Positions 18,042 through 26,213 of a stretch of 59,602 bases of DNA are shown piece by piece; the first letter of the stretch is position 1; every line of letters starts with the position of its first letter. This DNA is from Spartobacteria bacterium (lineage in GTDB: Bacteria > Verrucomicrobiota > Verrucomicrobiia > Chthoniobacterales > UBA6821). A program made the position numbers and the translations under genes. Below the pieces are notes generated by a model. It searched no databases. It was not told the DNA's origin and was given only the letters and a program-made list of their open reading frames with translations. The stretch is from contig CANIBV010000001.1 of NCBI GenBank assembly GCA_947466005.1, positions 1 through 59,602 on the forward strand, in the 5' to 3' direction.

Positions 18042-18902
18042 ATGGAACCAACACTACTTCAAATTCTATTTCTCGGCCTCGTTCAGGGGGCAGCTGAACT
18101 CCTCCCCGTCTCCAGCTCCGCCCATGTGATCGTCGCGGAGAAGTTGATGGGGCTTGATCCGGCCAGCCCATCCATGACCTTTCTTCTGGTCATGCTCCAC
18201 ACCGGCACCATGGTCGCCGTGATCGCCTATTTCTGGAAGGCTTGGAAGAGGACCTTCTTTGCCAGCAGAGAGAACTTTGGGTCCTCGATGAAGAATGTGG
18301 CGCTGGCCACCGTGGCAACACTGGCGGTTGGCCTGATACTCAAACTCCTCATCGAAAAGGTCCTGCTCCACGGCTCTAGCAAGGATGAGATGGAGGACCT
18401 CTTTGGTCATCTCCCGCTTGTTGGGGCGGCGCTTCTTACTGCCGGACTCTTAATTATCACGGCTGGTCATCTCCGGGGACGAAACGGCCAACGAGAACTC
18501 GGCATCCTCTCCTCATTCTGGATCGGAGTCTCACAAGGCATCTGCATCCCGTTCCGAGGACTCTCCCGCTCCGGAACAACTATTTCTGTTGGCATGCTCC
18601 AGGGGATCAATCGTCAGCGTGTCGAGGAGTTTAGCTTTGCCCTCGCCGTCGTCTTGACCCCTCCCGCCATCGCCAAGGAGCTTCTGCGTCTTCTGAAATC
18701 CCACACGGAGGAAGGCGCCCCTCATCATCTCCTTCACCTTCTCGGCCCGGGCCTCTTCGGCATGGTGGGAGCCTTCATTGCTGGCCTGCTGGCCCTGAAG
18801 CTCCTCTCAAGTTGGCTCGAGAAAGGGCACTGGGCATGGTTCGGCTATTACTGCATTGCCTTTGCCTGCTATGTTTTCTTTCTCGCATCACGCGGCTATT
18901 AA
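18042..18902 (+). CDS. uppP: undecaprenyl-diphosphate phosphatase
   Basis: ORF track 286 aa. AELLPVSSSAH N-terminal motif and a later SRSGTTI motif, with about 8 TM segments. Confidence 0.9.
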   Translation: MEPTLLQILFLGLVQGAAELLPVSSSAHVIVAEKLMGLDPASPSMTFLLVMLHTGTMVAVIAYFWKAWKRTFFASRENFGSSMKNVALATVATLAVGLILKLLIEKVLLHGSSKDEMEDLFGHLPLVGAALLTAGLLIITAGHLRGRNGQRELGILSSFWIGVSQGICIPFRGLSRSGTTISVGMLQGINRQRVEEFSFALAVVLTPPAIAKELLRLLKSHTEEGAPHHLLHLLGPGLFGMVGAFIAGLLALKLLSSWLEKGHWAWFGYYCIAFACYVFFLASRGY

Positions 18903-18921
18903 GAGGTACACATCAGAAACG

Positions 18922-19323
18922 ATGAAACGCCCCCATCTCCTCCCTCTCGTCACACTCCTCAGCGCGATCCTTCTAGTCGGTTGTTCGACTGGCCAGAACA
19001 AGGAGACTCTTTTGAGCGCCGCTGGCTTTCGTACTGTGATTCCAACGACCCAGAAGCAGATTGCCCAACTGAAGACTCTTCCTCAGTTAAAGGTCATACC
19101 CGTGACAAAAAACGGAAAGACAGTCTTCATGTTTGCGGATTCAACCCGCAACGTGCTGCTCATCGGCAACCAGAAACAGTACACTGCTTACCAACAGTAC
19201 GCCCTACAGTATAAGATTCAACAGGACAAACTGGCTACTGCCTCCCTCAACGCTGATGCAGATAACGAATGGGGTGCCTGGGGTGGCATGGGTGGGGCAT
19301 TCTGGGGTCCTTGCTTTTATTAA
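18922..19323 (+). CDS. lipoprotein of unknown function (paralog 1)
   Basis: ORF track 18856..19323, trimmed to ATG 18922. Lipobox LLVGC. About 40 percent identical, by eye, to the next gene over the AGF...PVxxxGxTVxxFAD...LLIG...Y core. Confidence 0.6.
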   Translation: MKRPHLLPLVTLLSAILLVGCSTGQNKETLLSAAGFRTVIPTTQKQIAQLKTLPQLKVIPVTKNGKTVFMFADSTRNVLLIGNQKQYTAYQQYALQYKIQQDKLATASLNADADNEWGAWGGMGGAFWGPCFY

Positions 19324-19332
19324 TCTGACATC

Positions 19333-19740
19333 ATGATGCCTCTTACCATCACAGGAAGGGCGGTTCTCCTGCTCTCGCTGATCGGCCTAACGGCGTGCTC
19401 CAATCTCGGAGAGAAGCGTACACTGCTTGCCTCAGCCGGCTTCAAGACATTTCCCGCCACTACCCCAGCGCAGCTTTCCAAATTGCATTCCATCAAGTCG
19501 GGTAAGGTCGTTCCGGTGAATGGAAAGAAAGGAACCGTCTATGTTTTTGCAGACACATCCAGGAAAGCACTCTTGATCGGTACCCCCGCCCAGTATCAGA
19601 CCTACCGGGCACTGAAGCTGAAACAGCAGAAGATCGACGAGCAGCTTCTGGATTCCCAAGTCAATATGGATAACGCTGATTGGAATGCCTTCGGGGATGA
19701 ATCCGGTTGGGGCTGGGGTGTCGCCTCCGACCCAATGTAA
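19333..19740 (+). CDS. lipoprotein of unknown function (paralog 2)
   Basis: ORF track 135 aa. Lipobox LTAC. Same core motifs as 18922..19323 and a Trp/Gly-rich C-terminus. Confidence 0.6.
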   Translation: MMPLTITGRAVLLLSLIGLTACSNLGEKRTLLASAGFKTFPATTPAQLSKLHSIKSGKVVPVNGKKGTVYVFADTSRKALLIGTPAQYQTYRALKLKQQKIDEQLLDSQVNMDNADWNAFGDESGWGWGVASDPM

Positions 19741-19853
19741 AGATCAAGGGGAATACCAGAAGAACCAAAGGTCACACCGGGGGTCAGACCGGGCTTGATG
19801 GGATCTGAATTAGGGGTTCTGGTGTTCCATCAGATAGAATGCAGGAGCGCTGG

Positions 19854-20399
19854 CTACTCGCTGGGATGGTATTGGGAGATCTTCGTACCCTGCAGACCAA
19901 TCCCTGCCATGAGTCCCTTCTGGCCAAAGAAGAAGGCATAGATTCCTTTCTGTAGAGTGGTTGTGGAGAGTGAGGAGGAAAAACCCTCATCTGCCACCAC
20001 AAGACTTGGAGCTCCACCGACCTCAAATCCTCCGCTCTTGTTCAGATAATGCAAGGAGTGCTCATCCATAAAGAAGAGAGCGTAGGAAAACTTCTGGATG
20101 CCCGCCTGTAGCCCGTAGGATGCGGCGCTAGAGTTGTAGTATCCGGAGACCCTGCCATCCTTGAAGAGAATCCCGTTACCTGTCTGCGCGCCAACCATGA
20201 AGCCGGCTTTGTATACATCAGGGAAAACTAGGACAGCGATGGCTTTGTCACCGATCTCCCGGGCCTTGTGGTTGTTGGCATAGAGATGATGCAGGGCTTT
20301 CTCTGATCTGTTCCTGAGTTCCCTCGCCGTCTCGGCATGAGCCGGCAGAGTCACAAAGATTGCTAGGAGAGCATAAAGGAGCGGGCGGAGTGCGTGCAT
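19854..20399 (-). CDS. secreted SYLF (Ysc84/DUF500-like) lipid-binding domain protein
   Basis: ORF track 181 aa. Signal peptide, then AGFMVGAQTGNGILF...ASYGLQAGIQKFSYALFF...GFEVGG, which is typical of the SYLF domain repeat pattern. Confidence 0.65.
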   Translation of the reverse strand: MHALRPLLYALLAIFVTLPAHAETARELRNRSEKALHHLYANNHKAREIGDKAIAVLVFPDVYKAGFMVGAQTGNGILFKDGRVSGYYNSSAASYGLQAGIQKFSYALFFMDEHSLHYLNKSGGFEVGGAPSLVVADEGFSSSLSTTTLQKGIYAFFFGQKGLMAGIGLQGTKISQYHPSE

Positions 20400-20431
20400 G
20401 GTGTGAGAGTTAGATTATTGTGTAAATAAAA

Positions 20432-20935
20432 TTAACGCCTGAGTTGCTCCTGCATCCCGGCATTGTTCATGATTAGGTCAAGAATGCGGTAACCTGGAAG
20501 CGGCTTGGTGCTGAGGCAGTCAAGATTCCCGTCGCGACCAATCACGGCGATCGCAAAACCCTTCTGAATATCATAAGCGGAGGCTATTGCTGCCGGATCA
20601 TTGATCAGGATGAAGGGGATATTCGATCGGATGCGCCCTCCCTCGGAGGTGAAAGCCGCAAAGCAGAGGATTCCCTGGGCGGCCAGACGTTCATAAGTGC
20701 CTCGCAGTTCGCCCATCTGACGGCGGAATGACCTGTCTCTCGGAGAAGTGGCGATCAAAAGCACCACGGGTTTCCCCCGGAGAGAGGAAAGGAAGATATT
20801 CCGACCGGCGGAAGCGCCGCCGACAAAGGAAGGGGCAGCATTCACAACAGAGGCGTCCTTGGCCCCGGCGATCCCGGCAGTGAAGACTAGTGCAAGGGCG
20901 GCAAGGAGCACCGCGGATCGGAAGGACAGAGGCAT
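20432..20935 (-). CDS. secreted thioredoxin-fold (redoxin/AhpC-TSA-like) protein lacking the CxxC site
   Basis: ORF track 167 aa. LRGKPVVLLIATSPRDRSFRRQMGEL occupies the position of the usual GKxxxLxFWAxWCxPC motif, but with no cysteines. Confidence 0.5.
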   Translation of the reverse strand: MPLSFRSAVLLAALALVFTAGIAGAKDASVVNAAPSFVGGASAGRNIFLSSLRGKPVVLLIATSPRDRSFRRQMGELRGTYERLAAQGILCFAAFTSEGGRIRSNIPFILINDPAAIASAYDIQKGFAIAVIGRDGNLDCLSTKPLPGYRILDLIMNNAGMQEQLRR

Positions 20936-20974
20936 GGCGGAAAAGGAAGAACGGAAGAGCGATCAACGTCGACC

Positions 20975-21535
20975 TTAGACGGTCATCAGCTCCGCTTCCT
21001 TGGTGGTCACATGCTTGTCGATTGCCTCGACCTGCTTATCCGTGAGCTTCTGAATCTCCTTTTCTGCGCGCTCAAGATCATCCTCGGTGATGACGCCTTC
21101 CTTCTGGAGTTTCTTGGAGCCCTCCATCGCCTCGCGACGGCAGGCCCGGACTCGGACGCGTGTCTCCTCGGAGATCTTGTTGATCGTGCGCACCAAGTCC
21201 TTGCGGCGCTCTTCGGAAAGCTCCGGGATGCGGAGGCGGATGAGCTTGCCGTCGACGGCGGGGTTGATCCCGATCTTGCTCTCCTGAATCGCCCGCTCGA
21301 TGTCCTGCGTCGTGCCGGCGTCAAAGGGCTGGATCACAAGCAGGCGGGGCTCGGGTGACGTGATGAGGGCCAACTGCTTCAGCTTCATGCTGCTGCCGTA
21401 GGCGGTAACATCGATGTTCTCGACCAAGGCCGGGGACGCCTTTCCGGTGCGGATGGCATTGAACTCATGCATCATGAATTCCGCGGCTTTTTCCATGCCG
21501 GCTTCGGCTTCAAACAGTACTTCTTCGGCGCTCAT
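20975..21535 (-). CDS. frr: ribosome recycling factor
   Basis: ORF track 186 aa. Canonical Frr sequence (IRTGKASPALVENI...PELSEERRKDLV). Confidence 0.97.
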   Translation of the reverse strand: MSAEEVLFEAEAGMEKAAEFMMHEFNAIRTGKASPALVENIDVTAYGSSMKLKQLALITSPEPRLLVIQPFDAGTTQDIERAIQESKIGINPAVDGKLIRLRIPELSEERRKDLVRTINKISEETRVRVRACRREAMEGSKKLQKEGVITEDDLERAEKEIQKLTDKQVEAIDKHVTTKEAELMTV

Positions 21536-21546
21536 AGTGTGTGTGG

Positions 21547-22296
21547 TTATTTGGCTGGTTTGTCGTCGCAGACGAGGGTTCCGATCGCTTCCCCCCTCAC
21601 AGCACGAAGGATATTCTCCGGATCGGACATGTCAAAAACGATGATCGGCATGGCGTTGTCCATGCAGAGTGAAAAAGCTGTCGAGTCCATAACTTCAAGA
21701 CGGCGCGCAAGGGCGTCGGAATAGGTCAGGGTGGCGAAGCGTGTGGCTTCGGGGTTCTTCTTGGGGTCGCTGTCGTAGATGCCGTCCACCTTGGTGGCTT
21801 TGAGGATGACCTCGGCACCAATTTCGTTGGCGCGGAGTGCCGCCGTGGTATCTGTGGAGAAGAAAGGATTCCCGGTGCCGGCCACAAAGATCACGATGTG
21901 GCCGTTCTCAAGGTGGCGGATCGCTTTGCGGACGATGAAGGGCTCGGCGACGTTATTCATCTGGATCGCCGTCTGGACGCGTGTCGAGTGTCCTAGGTCC
22001 TCGAGGGCACTCATCAGCGCCATTCCGTTGATCACAGTGGCCAGCATGCCCATGTAGTCAGCCGTGGCGCGATTCATTCCGCGATGGCTTGCTGCTAGGC
22101 CGCGCCAGATATTTCCGCCACCGACGACAACGGCCACTTCGATACCCATTTTGCGAACTTCGGCGATGGAGGCCGCTACCCTCTGGACAATCTGAGGAGA
22201 AACACTGTCGCTGCTGCCAGATTCTTTCAGGGCCTCACCGCTGATCTTAAGGACAATGCGTCTGTACTTGGAGGGCATTTTTTTGGGATCGGGCAT
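21547..22296 (-). CDS. pyrH: UMP kinase
   Basis: ORF track 249 aa. YRRIVLKISGEAL and VVVGGGNIWRG motifs, and it sits upstream of frr. Confidence 0.97.
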   Translation of the reverse strand: MPDPKKMPSKYRRIVLKISGEALKESGSSDSVSPQIVQRVAASIAEVRKMGIEVAVVVGGGNIWRGLAASHRGMNRATADYMGMLATVINGMALMSALEDLGHSTRVQTAIQMNNVAEPFIVRKAIRHLENGHIVIFVAGTGNPFFSTDTTAALRANEIGAEVILKATKVDGIYDSDPKKNPEATRFATLTYSDALARRLEVMDSTAFSLCMDNAMPIIVFDMSDPENILRAVRGEAIGTLVCDDKPAK

Positions 22297-22576
22297 GGGA
22301 GAAGATCAAACCGCAGGAAGAGGCCAAGGCAAAGGCAAATTATAGAGTAATAATCCAGAACTCCGAAGTTGGCAGTGATGGGTTGGCCCAAGATGCTCGC
22401 TAATAGGAGTCGCGAAAGTGCCGAGGCGTATCTTTAGATACAGCGAACACTAATAATCCTCCTTTGCGGTCAGGTGATTGCATCAAATCGCTCCGTTCAA
22501 CTCTGGAGTTCAGGATAAAGTCCTCGGCAGATATCGGAAGGAGTCCCACTGGCCCGACTCTTTGGCCTAGTTGTCA

Positions 22577-23518
22577 TTAGTGCCTACTCATGACCATCAG
22601 CGCATGCCCTCGAGCAAAGGCCGAGGAGTGCATCTTCCCACTCCCCTCAGGCTGGATCATTCCGAGTAATAGTCCCCCTTCACCACAGGCAACAAGGATG
22701 CCCCGGGAATCCACTCTTAGAATGGTCCCCGGAGTGCCGGAGACTCGGCGCGCAACAATGGCGGAATGGATTTTCACAGTCATGGCGACGCCTAAGGCGG
22801 AAGGAAGGTCGGCCACGGCAGCAGGACGGGACTGAAGGGAACGAATTTTCCTTTCCAGCACAAGTGCCGGAAGTTGCCAGTCCAGCAACGATTCTTCACG
22901 ACCGATTTTTCCAGTGATCGTGGCGGATCCATGGTCCTGAATAATTCGTGGTGCATTGCGCGCAGCAAGGAGTTCCAAGGACTCCTCCAAGGCTACGGGA
23001 GCCAGTTCCGCGAGACGGTCTGAGAGGGAGGTAGCCGTTTCCCGACGGCGTAGGAGGAGGCGCTTTTCAAGGAGAATGTCTCCCGTATCCAGCCCTTCTG
23101 CCATGTACATGATCGTGATGCCGCTCTCTTTGTCTCCGGAGGCAATGACGGCTTGGATCGGAGAGGCTCCGCGGTGACGGGGTAGCAGCGAGGCGTGGAT
23201 ATTGAGACAGGCAAGAGAGGGTGCCTTAAGGAGCTCACGTGGAAGAATGCGACCATAGGCCATCGTGACCATGACTTCAGGAGCAAGAGAGTGAACCCAC
23301 TCAATCACCTCGGGAAGACGCGGGGACTCTGGCTGAAGAAGAGCTACAGAAGGGGCCAGTTGCATCAACTCCCCCTTGATGGCAGGGGCCCTGAGTTCGC
23401 GGCGGCGGCCAGCGGGCCGGTCGGGCTGGGTCAGGACTCCGACCAATGTGTGATGTCTGGCAAGGGAGCGGAGCGAGGGGATGCCGATATTCCCTGTGCC
23501 GGCGAAAAGAACACGCAT
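22577..23518 (-). CDS. fmt: methionyl-tRNA formyltransferase
   Basis: ORF track 313 aa. MRVLFAGTG start, LNIHASLLPRHRGASPIQ motif, and a C-terminal Fmt domain. Confidence 0.93.
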   Translation of the reverse strand: MRVLFAGTGNIGIPSLRSLARHHTLVGVLTQPDRPAGRRRELRAPAIKGELMQLAPSVALLQPESPRLPEVIEWVHSLAPEVMVTMAYGRILPRELLKAPSLACLNIHASLLPRHRGASPIQAVIASGDKESGITIMYMAEGLDTGDILLEKRLLLRRRETATSLSDRLAELAPVALEESLELLAARNAPRIIQDHGSATITGKIGREESLLDWQLPALVLERKIRSLQSRPAAVADLPSALGVAMTVKIHSAIVARRVSGTPGTILRVDSRGILVACGEGGLLLGMIQPEGSGKMHSSAFARGHALMVMSRH

Positions 23519-23524
23519 GGCAAA

Positions 23525-23761
23525 CTAGTGCCCGAAAGAAGATGGGATTCCGGAGGTGCTGCTACTCGTTGCGGCACGGGCCATCACCATGTCGGCGGCG
23601 CTAACCTCACGATGCCCCAACGATGAGGAACACCCCGTGCAGAGATAGTCGTAGATTTCCTTGTCCGGGAGGACGAGGAGTAACGACTCACGCACCGGCA
23701 TGGCACGGGCGCACTTCTGGCAGTACAAGGAGGATGCCCGGAGGTTCTCGAATTGGCTCAT
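23525..23761 (-). CDS. small zinc-ribbon protein of unknown function
   Basis: ORF track 78 aa. Two CxxC pairs (CQKC ... CTGC) separated by 23 residues. It ends 6 nt before the fmt start. Confidence 0.4.
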   Translation of the reverse strand: MSQFENLRASSLYCQKCARAMPVRESLLLVLPDKEIYDYLCTGCSSSLGHREVSAADMVMARAATSSSTSGIPSSFGH

Positions 23762-23812
23762 AAGCGGATCGCTGAAAAAGCCCGTGTTGGAAAACAGCTG
23801 GAATCGCCCTCC

Positions 23813-24418
23813 CTATTCCCTCTCCAGAGTTCCTGTCTCCTCCAGCAACCCTTTGAGGATCTTGTGAACAACCTCTATCGGAGTCAGGGAGGCGTCGATA
23901 TCATGACGAGTCACCCCGGAGTAGTGCTGCAGCATCGGCTTGGATTCAGAATCGTATGTGGCCAAGCGATGGCGGATGATCTCCTCGTTAGCGTCATCAA
24001 GGCGATTGTCACGCAGGGCTCGCTTTTTGAGACGGGCCACCAGTTTGTCGCGGTCAGGGCAGGAGAGATGGAATACCCGGCGAACCTCAATATGCATCTC
24101 CATGAGGATGGCCTGGGAGACATTACGTGGGATGCCGTCGAGAATGAGGTAATCACGCTCGGGCTTGAACTTGCCGGAATCAACAGTCTTTCGGATCGAC
24201 TCATGCCAGAGCCTGACGGTCATCTCGTCGGGAACGAGTTGTCCCTTGCTTGAATATTCGAGGAATTCCGCACCCAGCTGGCTGGCGGGGTCAAGAGAGC
24301 GAAAGACATCTCCGCAGGCGCAATGATAGAAGCCGGGGATCTTTCCAATAATCTTGCCCTGAGTTCCCTTTCCACTTCCGGGAGCTCCAAAAATCAAAAT
24401 GGTACGATAGCGTGTCAT
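23813..24418 (-). CDS. adk: adenylate kinase (short-lid type)
   Basis: ORF track 201 aa. P-loop GAPGSGKGTQ, GDVFRS, and LILDGIPRN motifs. Confidence 0.85.
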   Translation of the reverse strand: MTRYRTILIFGAPGSGKGTQGKIIGKIPGFYHCACGDVFRSLDPASQLGAEFLEYSSKGQLVPDEMTVRLWHESIRKTVDSGKFKPERDYLILDGIPRNVSQAILMEMHIEVRRVFHLSCPDRDKLVARLKKRALRDNRLDDANEEIIRHRLATYDSESKPMLQHYSGVTRHDIDASLTPIEVVHKILKGLLEETGTLERE

Positions 24419-24539
24419 GAGTACTAGGATTTATAGGCAGTCCGGAATTTAAAATCAATGTCATCATGCCCAAGAGCCCAGTTGACAAGCAGTGGGATTG
24501 GGAGATTACATCAGCACTCCCTCAGTACCCTCCCCCACC

Positions 24540-26195
24540 ATGCCCGCTAACGATGAATATGTGATCGAAATCCTCAAGGATGTCGGCTTGATCACCCAAG
24601 AACAGGTTGATGATCTTTCGGTACGCACGGGCGGCCTCCACCTATTGGAGAGCCTTGTGAAGGAAGGCACCGTTCGCGCCGAGGATATCGCGCGCACCCT
24701 CGCCTCACAAAATGGGATGGACTTTGTGGATCTGACGCAGGTCACGCCAACTCCCGAATTGGTCGCCCTTCTTACTCCTGAAACGGCCCGCAGGTACAAG
24801 ACGGTGCCCATCTCCGAGCATGATGGGTCGCTCGTTCTGGCAATTGCCGACCCCATGGATTTCGAGGCATTCGACAGCCTTGGATTTCTCCTCAAGCGAT
24901 CCGTGGAATTTGTCTGCGCAGTTCCTGAACTGATCGCTGAAAAGCTAGACCGCCTCTACCCGCTCGGCCTGGAGGAACTTGGAAAATCAATCACCGTGAC
25001 CGAGGAAGAGGATGTCACCGGCGATGACTCCGCCCCAATCATCAGGATGGTCTACAATATCCTGGTCGAAGCCCAGAACAACAGGGCGAGCGATATCCAC
25101 ATCGAGCCGATGGAAAAGCGGATCCGCGTCCGTTACCGAATCGACGGAAACCTTCAGGAAGTTCAGAGCCCGCCGAAAAAACTTCAGGGCGCCATCATCA
25201 GCCGACTCAAGATCATGTCTGGCTCGATGAATATCGCCGAAAAACGCATTCCTCAGGATGGGCGCATTCAGATCAAGGTCGGCGACAAGGCAATCGACCT
25301 GCGTGTCAGCAGTGTCCCCACCGTGCACGGCGAAAGCATCGTCATGCGTATCCTCGACAAGTCATCGCTCATGCTCGGACTGCCGGAGTTAGGTTTCTTG
25401 AGTGATGACCAGGCTACCTTTGAACGGCTGGTCCAGATGCCCGACGGAATCATTCTGGTCACCGGACCCACCGGTTCCGGCAAGACCACGACGCTCTATG
25501 GTTGCCTCAACTACATGAACCGCCCCGATCGAAAAATCATCACAGTTGAGGAACCGGTCGAGTATCAGATGACCGGGATCAACCAAGTCCAGGTAAACGC
25601 GGAAGTGGGCATGACCTTTGCCGCGGCACTCCGTTCCATGCTCCGTCAGGCGCCGAACATCGTCATGTTGGGAGAAATTCGAGACAAGGAAACTGCTGAA
25701 ATCGCAATCAATGCCTCTCTCACCGGTCATTTGGTGCTCTCCACGCTGCACACCAATGACGCTCCAGCAGCGATTGCCCGTCTTGTGGACATCGGCGTCC
25801 AACCCTTCTTGGTCTCAAGCGCCGTGCGCGGGATAATGGCCCAGCGACTTGTCAGAAAGCTCTGCAACAATTGCAAGGAGCCAACCGAACTAAGCGAGTA
25901 CGAGGCCCGCTCCCTAAATCTGGATCCCGGTCAGCTCTCCAAGGCCACTCCGATGCGTGCCATCGGGTGTGAAAAGTGCCGGGGCAAGGGATTCCGGGGT
26001 CGCATGGGGATCTTCGAGATTTTCGTGGCCGATGATGAAATCCGCCAGATGATCAACCGGAACGCCACAACGCTTCAGCTTCGCCATCGGACTCGTGAGC
26101 TGGGCATGAGAACCCTTAGGGAGGATGGTATCCGTAAGGTTCTTTCTGGACTGACAACTCCCGAGGAAGTCATCTCCAGCACCATGGGAGACTAG
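24540..26195 (+). CDS. GspE/PilB-family secretion/pilus assembly ATPase (copy 1)
   Basis: ORF track 24492..26195 (GTG); I prefer ATG 24540. N-terminal T2SSE_N-like domain, Walker A GPTGSGKTTT, Walker B MLGEIRD, His box LSTLHTNDA, and a tetracysteine CNNC...CEKC. Confidence 0.88.
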   Translation: MPANDEYVIEILKDVGLITQEQVDDLSVRTGGLHLLESLVKEGTVRAEDIARTLASQNGMDFVDLTQVTPTPELVALLTPETARRYKTVPISEHDGSLVLAIADPMDFEAFDSLGFLLKRSVEFVCAVPELIAEKLDRLYPLGLEELGKSITVTEEEDVTGDDSAPIIRMVYNILVEAQNNRASDIHIEPMEKRIRVRYRIDGNLQEVQSPPKKLQGAIISRLKIMSGSMNIAEKRIPQDGRIQIKVGDKAIDLRVSSVPTVHGESIVMRILDKSSLMLGLPELGFLSDDQATFERLVQMPDGIILVTGPTGSGKTTTLYGCLNYMNRPDRKIITVEEPVEYQMTGINQVQVNAEVGMTFAAALRSMLRQAPNIVMLGEIRDKETAEIAINASLTGHLVLSTLHTNDAPAAIARLVDIGVQPFLVSSAVRGIMAQRLVRKLCNNCKEPTELSEYEARSLNLDPGQLSKATPMRAIGCEKCRGKGFRGRMGIFEIFVADDEIRQMINRNATTLQLRHRTRELGMRTLREDGIRKVLSGLTTPEEVISSTMGD

Positions 26196-26213
26196 AGCCA
26201 GCCCCTCATCACC

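Noticed and set aside
19749-19828. Imperfect long-range inverted repeat (GGAATACCAGAAGAACC ... GGTTCTGGTGTTCC) between the convergent lipoprotein and SYLF genes, considered as a bidirectional terminator.
   Set aside because: The arms have mismatches and an indel, the loop is about 50 nt, and no U-tract follows on either strand.
24482-24510. A perfect TTGACA upstream of the first pilB-like gene, considered as a promoter.
   Set aside because: No acceptable -10 hexamer follows at 16-19 nt spacing (ATTACA, TTACAT and TACATC are all poor). It was therefore not reported as a feature.
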